Shown here: positions 29,499 to 38,985 of the stretch, piece after piece
How the letters are laid out: each line of letters begins with the position of its first letter
How positions within the stretch are numbered: position 1 is the first letter of the stretch
Origin: Candidatus Woesearchaeota archaeon
GTDB taxonomy: Archaea > Nanobdellota > Nanobdellia > Woesearchaeales > SKGA01
NCBI GenBank assembly: GCA_016926395.1
Contig: JAFGOT010000014.1
Coordinates: 1-64,000, forward strand
Length of the DNA stretch: 64,000 bases
Reading direction: 5' to 3'
Notes under the pieces: generated by a model
Databases searched by the model: none
What the model saw: only the letters and a program-made list of their open reading frames with translations
Told to the model about the DNA's origin: nothing
Made by a program: the position numbers and the translations under genes

Positions 29499-32400
29499 AT
29501 GAAAAAACTAATTGTGTTAATATTAATGTTCCTTCTTAGTTTGGCGATTGTCAATGCAGCTGTTCAAACACCTGAGATTACAACCCCTCTTAATGTAATT
29601 CCTTTCACTGTTTTTAGTGCTCAACTGGTTGAATCTGGATTGGTAACGCCCATTATAACTGAAGTTGAAAGTCCAAAATTAGGATATGGTCCAGTTGGTG
29701 CTGTAGTTGATGATTTTTATGTTAATAATATTGCATTTTCAATAACTGATTTATTATCTTCAGGATTTGTGTCGATGGAAGTTTATGAAAACGAAATAAT
29801 TCTAAAAACATCTGATTCAAAATCTCTAACTTTAATTAGTCACACTCAAAAACCAATAAAAATATCTAACTTTCAAGGTTTTGGAGATTTTACGCTTGGT
29901 GAAAAAACATTTGGTTTAAAGTCCGGAGTAACTAACATATTAGTTGACGTGTTTGATGAAAATAAGTTTGTAACTTTAGTTGTTGATAAAGATAAGAATA
30001 TTTATGCGATGCCTTTAGAACTTTCTAAATCTATTTATTTAGGTGAAGCATTAAAACAAGGTGAATATTATTTTATTAATATATTTGTGGATGAAAAGTA
30101 TTCGTTTAAGACAAAATCAGAAGATATCTTAGCTGATCCAACAAATTCTTCTAGTCTTTTGAATTATTACTTTGCTTTCAAAAGTTCTTTTGAAAATGAG
30201 AATGCAGGCGAATATATGTCAACAGTTCCTTTTCTAAAATCAGATGGAACTGTTTTTGGTTTTGCAAATGGAAACAAAAAAATAAATAATGAACTAGTAA
30301 TCTCATCTGATGGGGGGAATAAACCTGATTATGTTTTTAATCCAATAGATAAATCTGTTTATTTGATTGAAGATAATTATCCAACTTCAATATTTGCTGT
30401 GAAATTTCCTGATGGTGTAGATTCTAAAGCATCTCTAATTGATGTTAGTGATAACAATTATTATTTAGCACAACTAGAAACAAACGTACAAAAAGAAGAG
30501 GGCTATACTTTTAGTCCAAGACTAACATTACAATTTTCTAATTTTCCAGGAGTGGAAATGTTAAGTGCGTCATTTGTAAGAGAAAAAGATGGAAAATTAT
30601 ACAATGATCCTTACTCTTCATGGAAAGGGGAATTCTGTGAGAATCAAGTAGAGTTAAAAAATAAAGCAGTATCTTCAATAGGTGTAACTTACTTAGCAAA
30701 TGAGTGTGAAGGTTCAATATTTAGTTTGACTCCCTCCAACACAATAGAAAACGGCGATTTAACGAGTTCTCTAAGAGATAAAAAAACTGAAACTATTGCT
30801 TTTGGAAGCAGTGCATTTAGATTATTAAGATATGACTTATTGTCTTTTCAAAAAGGAGTAGTTAAACATGAACCGATGGGTTTTACAAAACCTCTTCTTG
30901 TCTGGGGAGCTCCTGATAAAATATTAACATATTATGATGGTGCTGGAAACTTAGCTTGTTTAGTGGTTCCTCCAATGAGAAGTTCTGTTATGAAACTAAC
31001 GGGAAAGGGAGGACAACTTGATACTAGTTCAAAAGTTCCTGTTGTATTAGCATTTTCACAAGATGCAGTAAAAGTGTGTTCAAGTAAAAAAATTGTAGAT
31101 GACTTAATTAGTGTTGGTTATAGTGTAGATATAAAAGATTCAAGATCTTTGCCTTATGTTTCTTATAGTTTAACATCAGAAACACTAAACCCAAACAATA
31201 TTCCTGCAATAGATACTTCTGTTAAACAAGCATCAACAAAATTAAATGAATTGATGTTAAAACAACAACTACCAATAGTTCTTGTGAAAGAAAATTTTGA
31301 AATTACTCCTTTATCAGGTCCAATTTATATTGAAACCACTCTTAATGGCTTTGATGGGGTAATAAATACTATTACTGATCCTAAGGTTGTTAAAGAGCTT
31401 AACAAAGAAAAAACAACTGGTGAAACAGGAAATATACTAAATGATTTTAAACAAAAAAATCCTGATGTAGTTAACTATTTTAATCAAAAGGAAGAACCTA
31501 TTGTAAATCAAAATTCTAATAATAAAAAAGAAGATTTATCCGATAAAGAAGTTGTAAAAGAAAAAACTGAAGAATTCAAAAAACCAAAAAATGAAGAAGC
31601 ATCAACAAAAGAAAAATACACTCAAGCATCTAATGTTATAACTTCTTCTCTTCCAGGAAATAGTGTTAATTTAAATGATGGTTTAAATAAACTCTTAAAC
31701 GATCCTGCTTTGTTTTCTGATATTAATAAAATGGCGGATTTGCTTGGTTTGCTTGAATCAACAAATAACGAACAAAAAATAAAAACTGCTACGATAGATG
31801 AAAACACTAATGTAATAACTAATGGAAAAAATGTTGTAGTCTCAAAAAAAGTAAAATCCAAACAAGAAATGATAAATGATCAACACAAAGAAATACTTAC
31901 TAATGTTGCTAATAAACGAGGTGTTGATTACGAAGTTGTAAGAAAGGAATGGAAAGAAGGAAAAATTAATGCTTTTGATTTGAAAGGTGATGATGTTTAT
32001 GATAATTACAAAAATGATGTTAAACAATTAAACGATATTGTGAATGAAAATTATGAAGAAGTAGAAGCAGAAGTGGATAATTATGTTCAAAGAACAGAAC
32101 GTGAAAAAGTAATTCCAATCCAAGCGAGAGGAAATGCTCTTGTTGTAGCTTATGTTTCCGAAAATGAAGCGAAAAAACACGGGGCTAATTTTGCTTTTGA
32201 ACTTGAAAACATGATTAATCTAATAAAAAAAGCAAATGATTTGAATATTCCTGTGTTTATTATTGAACAAGAATCTCAGAATGTAACTATCAAAAATGAC
32301 GGCAAAAATAAAGTCGTGCAATGGCAAGAATTTGATGTTCTAAAAGAAATAAATGCTTTAATGGTTCCTGAAACATGGACTTTTGTAAGTTCTAAAAACG

Positions 32401-33527
32401 ATGTTGGTTCCATATTTGATAATTCAAATCTTGGAGAATTATTAAAAGAAAACAACATTGATACTATTACTTTAGCTGGTTGGGATCAACAATTTGCACT
32501 AAGAGAAACAATAATTGACGCTAAAGAAAAAGGCTATAGAATATTTACTAGTTTTGATATCATACAAGGTTCAATAATTGGTGAACAAGAAAAAGTACGA
32601 GATCGAAAAGAAAAACAAAGATGGGAAGATAGTCAGCTAACACCTTTTGAAAAAGGAACGAGTGAATATGTTTCTGTTAATAAAGGAAAAACATTATTTA
32701 AAACAATAGACAGTGATGCAAGAAACGGAAACACAGGAGAAATAGTGGAGAGATACAGTCCTGAGTCATTACTTAAATTTTATGAACAAAATACTAACTT
32801 AGTTGATTCATACAAGCAAATTCCTTTCTACTCTTTAGAACCAACTTATGAAGATGTTGTAATAAGAGAAGAGAAAATAAAACCAAAAACTTCAAGCACA
32901 ACAACGGCTGCTGACAAACCAACTCCAAAAGTTGATGAAAAAGAAGTTTTAAAACAAAAACAAGACTTAATACGTCAAGAACAAGAGAAAAATCTAAAGA
33001 AAATAAAAATTCAAAGAGACTTGATGACAGAAAGAATTGAAGCAGTATGTTATGGTTATGAATTAAAGGGAATTGGTAAAAACCAAATAGCTGTTCAAGC
33101 ATATCCTGATTTTAGTTCGGACCCAAAAATAGAACGAGAATGTGATAATTGGAAATCAATAAACGGTGGTCGAAGAAGTGTTAGTGATGTTCCTTCTAAT
33201 TTGCAATATGCTGGTTATGATGCTGATTTAGCAGAATGGAACTCTTTACTAGCTGAACGAGATAATTTGATGAAACAAGCAAGGGATCCTTCTAAAGTTT
33301 TAGCTTATACTGATGGCGACTATGAAATTATTGAATGTACTTGCAGTCCAACTGGAAAATGTTCTTATCCAAGCAATCTTTTGGGAGTGACTTGCGAGAC
33401 TTGTTGCGCTTCCGGAGACCAATTTGGTGATTATAAAATTATAGAATGTACTTGTGCTTCAGGAAGTAAATGTTCTTATCCAAGCAATTTACTTGGTGGC
33501 TCATGTGAAAAATGCTGCAAAGCATAA
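29499..33527 (+). CDS. 1342-aa secreted multidomain protein with inactive isochorismatase-like domain and tandem Cys-rich C-terminal repeats
   Basis: Sec signal peptide; KNDVGSIF..LGELLKENNIDTITLAG...ETIIDAKEKGYRI; two CTCxxxxKCSYPSNLLGxxCExCC repeats. Confidence 0.7.
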   Translation: MKKLIVLILMFLLSLAIVNAAVQTPEITTPLNVIPFTVFSAQLVESGLVTPIITEVESPKLGYGPVGAVVDDFYVNNIAFSITDLLSSGFVSMEVYENEIILKTSDSKSLTLISHTQKPIKISNFQGFGDFTLGEKTFGLKSGVTNILVDVFDENKFVTLVVDKDKNIYAMPLELSKSIYLGEALKQGEYYFINIFVDEKYSFKTKSEDILADPTNSSSLLNYYFAFKSSFENENAGEYMSTVPFLKSDGTVFGFANGNKKINNELVISSDGGNKPDYVFNPIDKSVYLIEDNYPTSIFAVKFPDGVDSKASLIDVSDNNYYLAQLETNVQKEEGYTFSPRLTLQFSNFPGVEMLSASFVREKDGKLYNDPYSSWKGEFCENQVELKNKAVSSIGVTYLANECEGSIFSLTPSNTIENGDLTSSLRDKKTETIAFGSSAFRLLRYDLLSFQKGVVKHEPMGFTKPLLVWGAPDKILTYYDGAGNLACLVVPPMRSSVMKLTGKGGQLDTSSKVPVVLAFSQDAVKVCSSKKIVDDLISVGYSVDIKDSRSLPYVSYSLTSETLNPNNIPAIDTSVKQASTKLNELMLKQQLPIVLVKENFEITPLSGPIYIETTLNGFDGVINTITDPKVVKELNKEKTTGETGNILNDFKQKNPDVVNYFNQKEEPIVNQNSNNKKEDLSDKEVVKEKTEEFKKPKNEEASTKEKYTQASNVITSSLPGNSVNLNDGLNKLLNDPALFSDINKMADLLGLLESTNNEQKIKTATIDENTNVITNGKNVVVSKKVKSKQEMINDQHKEILTNVANKRGVDYEVVRKEWKEGKINAFDLKGDDVYDNYKNDVKQLNDIVNENYEEVEAEVDNYVQRTEREKVIPIQARGNALVVAYVSENEAKKHGANFAFELENMINLIKKANDLNIPVFIIEQESQNVTIKNDGKNKVVQWQEFDVLKEINALMVPETWTFVSSKNDVGSIFDNSNLGELLKENNIDTITLAGWDQQFALRETIIDAKEKGYRIFTSFDIIQGSIIGEQEKVRDRKEKQRWEDSQLTPFEKGTSEYVSVNKGKTLFKTIDSDARNGNTGEIVERYSPESLLKFYEQNTNLVDSYKQIPFYSLEPTYEDVVIREEKIKPKTSSTTTAADKPTPKVDEKEVLKQKQDLIRQEQEKNLKKIKIQRDLMTERIEAVCYGYELKGIGKNQIAVQAYPDFSSDPKIERECDNWKSINGGRRSVSDVPSNLQYAGYDADLAEWNSLLAERDNLMKQARDPSKVLAYTDGDYEIIECTCSPTGKCSYPSNLLGVTCETCCASGDQFGDYKIIECTCASGSKCSYPSNLLGGSCEKCCKA

Positions 33528-33577
33528 TTTTTATTTTTTTTAATTCTTTTTTAGAAATAAATAATAAAAATAAAAAC

Positions 33578-34852
33578 CTATTTACTAGGTCTTATTTCTG
33601 TTATTCCCATCATGTAAGGATGAAGGACTTTAGGAATAGAAACACTGCCATCTTCGTTTTGGAAAGTTTCAAGAATAGTAACTAAACCACGAGATGTTGC
33701 AATAGCGGTATTGTTAAGAGTGTGAGGAGTAAACTTCTCGCCCTTATCCTCAGCTCTAATTCCAAGACCTCTAGCTTGATGAGTGGTAAGATTAGAACAA
33801 CTACCAACTTCAATCCATTCATCTCGACGAGGAGAATAAACTTCAACATCATATTGTATGTGTTTTAGAACTCCAAGGTCGCCAGTACAAATTTGAAGAG
33901 TACGAGTAGGAAGACCAAGAGAAGTAAAAATCTCAACAGTAATTCCCCACATTTCATCAAAGAACTTCATAGATTCTTCAGGCTTACAAATAACAACCAT
34001 CTCAACCTTATTGAACTGGTGAGTTCTGAATAATCCTTTTTCGTCAAGGCCATGACTGCCTTTTTCTCGACGGAAACACATAGAGTAAGAAGTGTGCTTT
34101 ATAGGAAGTTTCTGTGCCGGGATAAGTTGACCAACATAACGACCAATAAGAGCATGTTCAGAAGTACCTATTAAGTATAAGTCTTCATCTTCAATCTTGT
34201 AAATCATAGCTTCCTGGTCATTAAGATCAGTAACAAAGTCAATGATATTTTTTCTAAGCATCAGAGGAGTTTCAACATAGTGAAAACCTTTTTTATGCAT
34301 AGTTTCAATAGCATAACGAATAAGAGCCTGATTTAGCAAAGCAAGTTCACCTTCCAAATAATAAAAACCAGCACCAGAAGTCTTAGCAGAAGATTCAAAA
34401 TCAGCAACGCCTAAATCTTCAGCAAGAATTTGATGAGGTTTAACTTCTTTTTTAACAGGCTCAGGTCCAAAACGTTTAACTTCAACATTTTCACTATCGT
34501 CTTTTCCTTGAGGAACAGATTCATGCATAAGATTAGGGATTTTCTTTAACTGAAGCTTGATTTCTTCGTATAATTTGTCAGCCTTATCTTCAATATCCTT
34601 AATTTCTTGAGGGATGGACTTAGCTCTCTCTAAAGCTTCACTAGCATCTTTACCCGCTTTTTTAAGATCGTTAATCTCTTTAGAGACTTTATTACGTTCA
34701 GAACGAAGGTCGTCAGCTTGTTTTTTAAGAGTACGCCATTCTTGATCGGAAGAAGAGACTACATCGACTATGGAGGTATCTGCATAGCCCTTCCTAATCA
34801 TGTTGTCTTTAACTACTTGAGGTTCTTCTCGAATCAAGTTTATATCCATCAT
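33578..34852 (-). CDS. serS: Serine--tRNA ligase
   Basis: N-terminal coiled-coil arm, IPNL..SVP.GKDD, GTSEH, CFRRE.G, QFNKVE, EVGSCSN, HTLNNTAIA. Confidence 0.96.
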   Translation of the reverse strand: MMDINLIREEPQVVKDNMIRKGYADTSIVDVVSSSDQEWRTLKKQADDLRSERNKVSKEINDLKKAGKDASEALERAKSIPQEIKDIEDKADKLYEEIKLQLKKIPNLMHESVPQGKDDSENVEVKRFGPEPVKKEVKPHQILAEDLGVADFESSAKTSGAGFYYLEGELALLNQALIRYAIETMHKKGFHYVETPLMLRKNIIDFVTDLNDQEAMIYKIEDEDLYLIGTSEHALIGRYVGQLIPAQKLPIKHTSYSMCFRREKGSHGLDEKGLFRTHQFNKVEMVVICKPEESMKFFDEMWGITVEIFTSLGLPTRTLQICTGDLGVLKHIQYDVEVYSPRRDEWIEVGSCSNLTTHQARGLGIRAEDKGEKFTPHTLNNTAIATSRGLVTILETFQNEDGSVSIPKVLHPYMMGITEIRPSK

Positions 34853-34906
34853 TGTAATACTTGTAAAATCAGAGGAGATTTATAAATATGGGGGTTTGAA
34901 TGCTTT

Positions 34907-35395
34907 TTATTGTTCGTATATGTTGAATTCTATTGAGCTTGTTATGAAGCTTATTCTTGTTATTATCAATGAATATTCTTTATTCTCTATTTTGAATGTT
35001 GTTGAATCTCCCACATAAACTTCGCTAAAATTTTTTTCTAGATTGAAGTTTATTTTCGCTTGTTGATTAACATTAACATCAATAAGTCCCAATATGAATT
35101 TTCCATTAAATAGTGTTTTGCTATTGCCTTTTGTTATGATTCATGGTTCGTTGTTTGGGACTCTTAGTTCACTTATTTGTTTAATTTCTTTTTCTTCAGT
35201 TATATTTTCTTCTAATAGTGTTTGTGTTATGATGTTACCGGTGTTAATTGAGTTGTTAATTCCATTAATAATTATTTGATTGTTTTCGTTATTTGTTGTT
35301 TTTCCTATGTTGCTATTCATTAATCCTATTATTGCTGCTATAAAGAGGATGATTGCTGTAATAAGACTTATTGTTTTTGTTGTTTTTATTTTCAC
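34907..35395 (-). pseudogene. Membrane-anchored hypothetical gene with one in-frame TGA
   Basis: The 84-aa ORF (35141-35395) continues in the same frame after TGA through IITKGNSKTLFNGKFILGLIDV... to TAA at 34907. Confidence 0.6.
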
Positions 35396-35414
35396 TTTTG
35401 TTTTTTCCTATTCT

Positions 35415-35717
35415 TTATTTTTTACTTAATGCCGAAAGTAACCAAATAAGTCCTAATCCTATTAATGCTCCTTGACTAACTTTTAACTTTGCAGATTGTT
35501 CTGCTAATTCTCGTTGCATGTTGTTGTTCATCTGAACGTATTTTACTCGTTCGTTTCTTTCTTGTTCTAGTTGTTGGTTCGCTTTATGCGCTTCTTGGTC
35601 GCTAGTTAAAAGAATTTTTAGCAGTTCTGGTTGGTTTTTTAGTTCGTCAATAACTTTTTGAGGGTCTTTCTCAAAATGTTCCATTAATTGTTTTCTTAAT
35701 TCATTTGTTAATGTCAT
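35415..35717 (-). CDS. Coiled-coil, tail-anchored hypothetical protein
   Basis: Heptad-like Q/E/L pattern; C-terminal GALIGLGLIWLLSAL helix. Confidence 0.6.
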   Translation of the reverse strand: MTLTNELRKQLMEHFEKDPQKVIDELKNQPELLKILLTSDQEAHKANQQLEQERNERVKYVQMNNNMQRELAEQSAKLKVSQGALIGLGLIWLLSALSKK

Positions 35718-35944
35718 ATTTGATATATTTGTTTATTATTTTATAAATTTTTCTGTTTATGTTTATAAATAAATTAAAATTTGAGAATGAATTGGGTAAA
35801 TTGAGAAAATTTTCAGGACACCTTTTTTGGTGTTTAATGGGCGTGTCTGGTGTAATGTTCGTGGTAGTTTAATTAAGCTGAGCTGTTGGCTAAAAGTCCA
35901 TCTCTAATCTCATTCTATCGAAACGATATTAATGCTTAACTAAT

Positions 35945-36064
35945 TTATTTTGTTTTATTTTTAGTTCCTGGAGTTTTTCGCTTTGGTTCGTATCTTTTTT
36001 CGTGTTCTTGTTTACTTTGTCTTTTTCGATCTCGAGGACCTTTTTTTGTTAAATCATCTGGCAT
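35945..36064 (-). CDS. 39-aa basic micro-protein, DUF3606-like N-terminus (missed by ORF track)
   Basis: MPDDLTKKGPRDRKRQSKQEHEKRYEPKRKTPGTKNKTK; GGTGA RBS 6 nt upstream. Confidence 0.5.
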   Translation of the reverse strand: MPDDLTKKGPRDRKRQSKQEHEKRYEPKRKTPGTKNKTK

Positions 36065-36189
36065 TTTTTATCACCAGTTTATTTTGGTCATTTTTTTGAT
36101 TTAAACTTTATTCTTGTTTTAGGATATTTTTCATTGGTTATCCCAAACTCTAAATAAAGTATTTAAATTGGATTTTCCCTATTTTATTT

Positions 36190-37539
36190 ATGGATGTTCC
36201 TTTAGTGCAAATAAGTCCTGACTTAATTTCTTTTGACCCTCAAAATCCCCGGTCAGAATCTTCTGAGAAAATAGAGACGGATTATAAATTCACTCAACTT
36301 AAAAAATCAATTGAGTTATTTGGTGTTTTTGTTCCTCTAATTGTAAGACAAGTAAAATCAAAAACAAAACCTTATCGTTTGGTTGATGGAGAAAGACGTT
36401 TGAGAGCTGCTTTAGCATGTAACAAGCCCTTTGTTCCTGTTCACATAATTGATGGTAATGGTGAGCGGGCTAAGGTTTTGGCTTATCAAATACATATGAA
36501 CAGAAAAGATTGGACCAAATTAGCGGAACTAAAATCAATAAAGGATATTGTTCATGAAATAAAACTTAAGAATGATGATGATGATTTTGTTCGTAAAGAG
36601 CTTTGTGATAAAACCAGCATGGACTTAGCTCATGCTACTGATATTTTAACAATTTTGAAGTATGATTCTGAAACTATAAAAAAAGTTGAAGAGGGTTTAA
36701 TTTATAGAAGTTATTTTATAGAATTAGAACGTTATTTTATACCTGCTTTAAAAACTGATTTTCTTTCTTTGTATAACCATTATGGAGAAAAGAGATTAAG
36801 GAAGATTTTATCAAAAAAAGCTGAAGAAATAAAATTGGGAAAAACAAGTTTTTTAAGAAATAATTTTATTAAACCTTATTTTGAAAATATTATTGACAAG
36901 CCTAAGTTGAGGCGTGTTATTAAAGATTTTCTTGATAATCCTGATCGTGATTTACGAGATAGTGTTAAGAAATTGGAACGTCGATCAAGTAAAGTTAAGA
37001 AAGCTTCTAAGAAAAAGTCTTCTAAACAAAGACCGGTTGTTGATGTTATTGAGGTTCCAGATGAAATTGACCACTTAGTCAAGCTTTTCGATATTGAGAA
37101 GCTCTTAATTTCTTCTAATGTTTTTGATTCTATATTTAATAATTTAAAACAAGCCATTGTCGAATTTGAAAGGAGAACAGGATATTTAGTGACTAATGAA
37201 ATAAAACTTCAAAATGTTATTTACACTGTTTTAAGATCTTTGTTTAAGTCAACAGAGTTTGAGAATCCTACTGGTAAAGTTTGTTCTACAAGCAGTAAAG
37301 TAGATTTTATTTTAAAAAAGCATGGCATTGTAATAGAGATTAAGTATGTTAGAGATCGTCGTCATGCTAAAAATATTCATGATGAATTAGCTATTGATTA
37401 TGCCAGATATAGGCTTTCTCCTGATTGTAATAAAATAATTAATTATGTTTATGACCCAAATAATTTTATTACCAATCCTGATTTGACTGTTTCGGAATTG
37501 AAAAAGTCTCTTCCGGAAGCTAATCATTATGTTCAGTAG
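36190..37539 (+). CDS. ParB/Srx-domain protein fused to a C-terminal PD-(D/E)xK restriction-endonuclease domain (REase_DpnII-MboI-like)
   Basis: N-terminus QNPR..LKKSI..FGVFVPLIVR..LVDGERRLRA. C-terminus NEIKLQNVIY..SSKVDFILKKHGIVIEIKY..ELAIDYARY..PDC..YVYDP. Confidence 0.8.
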   Translation: MDVPLVQISPDLISFDPQNPRSESSEKIETDYKFTQLKKSIELFGVFVPLIVRQVKSKTKPYRLVDGERRLRAALACNKPFVPVHIIDGNGERAKVLAYQIHMNRKDWTKLAELKSIKDIVHEIKLKNDDDDFVRKELCDKTSMDLAHATDILTILKYDSETIKKVEEGLIYRSYFIELERYFIPALKTDFLSLYNHYGEKRLRKILSKKAEEIKLGKTSFLRNNFIKPYFENIIDKPKLRRVIKDFLDNPDRDLRDSVKKLERRSSKVKKASKKKSSKQRPVVDVIEVPDEIDHLVKLFDIEKLLISSNVFDSIFNNLKQAIVEFERRTGYLVTNEIKLQNVIYTVLRSLFKSTEFENPTGKVCSTSSKVDFILKKHGIVIEIKYVRDRRHAKNIHDELAIDYARYRLSPDCNKIINYVYDPNNFITNPDLTVSELKKSLPEANHYVQ

Positions 37540-37547
37540 TTATTAAA

Positions 37548-38678
37548 ATGAAAAACATTCTTTTAGTCGAACCTGATTTTCCTGTTTCTAAGAAAAGTAA
37601 GAATCATTCTAATTTTCTTCCTATTGGTCTACTTAAATTAGCATCTTATCATCGTAAGCAAGGCAATAAAGCAAAACTTATTCGAGGTTTGAAAAAAGCA
37701 CATTTTACGCCTGATAGAATTTTGATAACTTCTTTGTTTACTTATTGGTCTGATTATGTTAGAGATGCAGTGCAATTTTACAAACAAGCTTATCCTTCTG
37801 CTAAAGTCGAAGTTGGTGGAATTTATGCAAGTTTAATGCCGAAGCATTGCAAATATTTTACTGGTTGCGATAAAGTTGTTGTTGGTCAATTAAAAATGGC
37901 AGATAAGTGTAAACCTGCTTATGATTTAGTTAATGTTGATTATCAAATTATTCATGGGATGAGAGGTTGTATTAGACAGTGTTCTTTTTGTGGTATTTGG
38001 AGACTTGAAAAGAACTCTTTCAAAACTGCAGAAGAAATTAAAAAAGAGATTTGTTTTAATAAGTTAGTTTTTTATGATAATAATATGTTAGTTAATCCTC
38101 ATATTGAAGAAATTCTTGAAATGTTAGCAACAACAACTTATAATGGTAAAGTTCTTAATTGTGAGTGTCAAAGTGGTTTTGATGGTAGAATTCTTGCCGA
38201 AAAACCTCATTTGGCAGAATTATTAAAAAAAGCTAGATTTAAAGATATTCGTTTGGCTTGGGATTGGGGTGTTAAAACTTATCCGGTTGTTGAAAAGTGG
38301 TTAACTATTCTTGATAATGCTGGTTTTAGTAGAAAATCGGTTTTCTTATTTATGATTTATAATTGGGATTTTAAATTTGAAGAAATGGAAGAAAAAAGAA
38401 AAAAATGCTATGAATGGGGGGTGCAAATTGCTGATTGTAGGTTTAGACCCCTTAATCAATTATTTGACAGATATAATGGTCGTATAAAACAAACAAATAT
38501 TGATTATTTTATTCATAAATATTGGACCGATTATCAAGTAAAGAGATTTAGAAAGAATGTTCGTTTGCAAAATATTTGTATACGTTATAACATTCCTATT
38601 GAAAATTATCGAAAGGAGTTGGAGGGTACTCGCTCTTCTTCAAAAAAATTAGTTGAATTTGGTTCTATGGTTTCTTAG
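37548..38678 (+). CDS. Radical SAM protein with N-terminal cobalamin-binding-like domain
   Basis: LPIGLLKLASY, ITSLFTY, VEVGGIYASL (B12-binding-like); RGCIRQCSFC (CxxxCxxC); FYDNNML. Confidence 0.85.
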   Translation: MKNILLVEPDFPVSKKSKNHSNFLPIGLLKLASYHRKQGNKAKLIRGLKKAHFTPDRILITSLFTYWSDYVRDAVQFYKQAYPSAKVEVGGIYASLMPKHCKYFTGCDKVVVGQLKMADKCKPAYDLVNVDYQIIHGMRGCIRQCSFCGIWRLEKNSFKTAEEIKKEICFNKLVFYDNNMLVNPHIEEILEMLATTTYNGKVLNCECQSGFDGRILAEKPHLAELLKKARFKDIRLAWDWGVKTYPVVEKWLTILDNAGFSRKSVFLFMIYNWDFKFEEMEEKRKKCYEWGVQIADCRFRPLNQLFDRYNGRIKQTNIDYFIHKYWTDYQVKRFRKNVRLQNICIRYNIPIENYRKELEGTRSSSKKLVEFGSMVS

Positions 38679-38736
38679 AGTGTGCACTGGTCAGTTGATG
38701 ATCCATTTTTTAAGTTTTAATCTTACTATCTTTGTT

Positions 38737-38943
38737 ATGAGTCGATATATTATTCTCGAAATTGGTAAGTCCGCATATACTGAGTTTAAGAAAAAATCAG
38801 GAGATTTTGAAGAAACTTGTGATGCTATTCTTGTTGATGATTTGGATGCTGATTCAAAAGAAGATGCTTATAATCAAATGTTTTCAAAAGAAGAGCATTC
38901 TGATAAAGATTTTGACCAATTAGTTGTTCTTGAGGTTGTTTGA
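38737..38943 (+). CDS. Small acidic hypothetical protein (68 aa)
   Basis: ATG 38737 starts MSRYIILEIG...; the upstream part of the ORF-track call overlaps the radical SAM gene. Confidence 0.55.
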   Translation: MSRYIILEIGKSAYTEFKKKSGDFEETCDAILVDDLDADSKEDAYNQMFSKEEHSDKDFDQLVVLEVV

Positions 38944-38985
38944 TATTCTAAACATTTATTAACTAACGAGTCAAATTTTTATTTT

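Noticed and set aside
35141-35143. TGA recoding (alternative genetic code or selenocysteine)
   Set aside because: Many clearly complete genes end in TGA (e.g. 3414, 28634, 38943, 57343), conserved proteins use TGG for Trp, and I see no SECIS-like element or Cys/Sec-type motif around the codon.
36190-37539. Chromosome or plasmid partitioning ParB
   Set aside because: No adjacent ParA, no parS-like repeats seen, and the C-terminus is a nuclease domain rather than a dimerisation domain.
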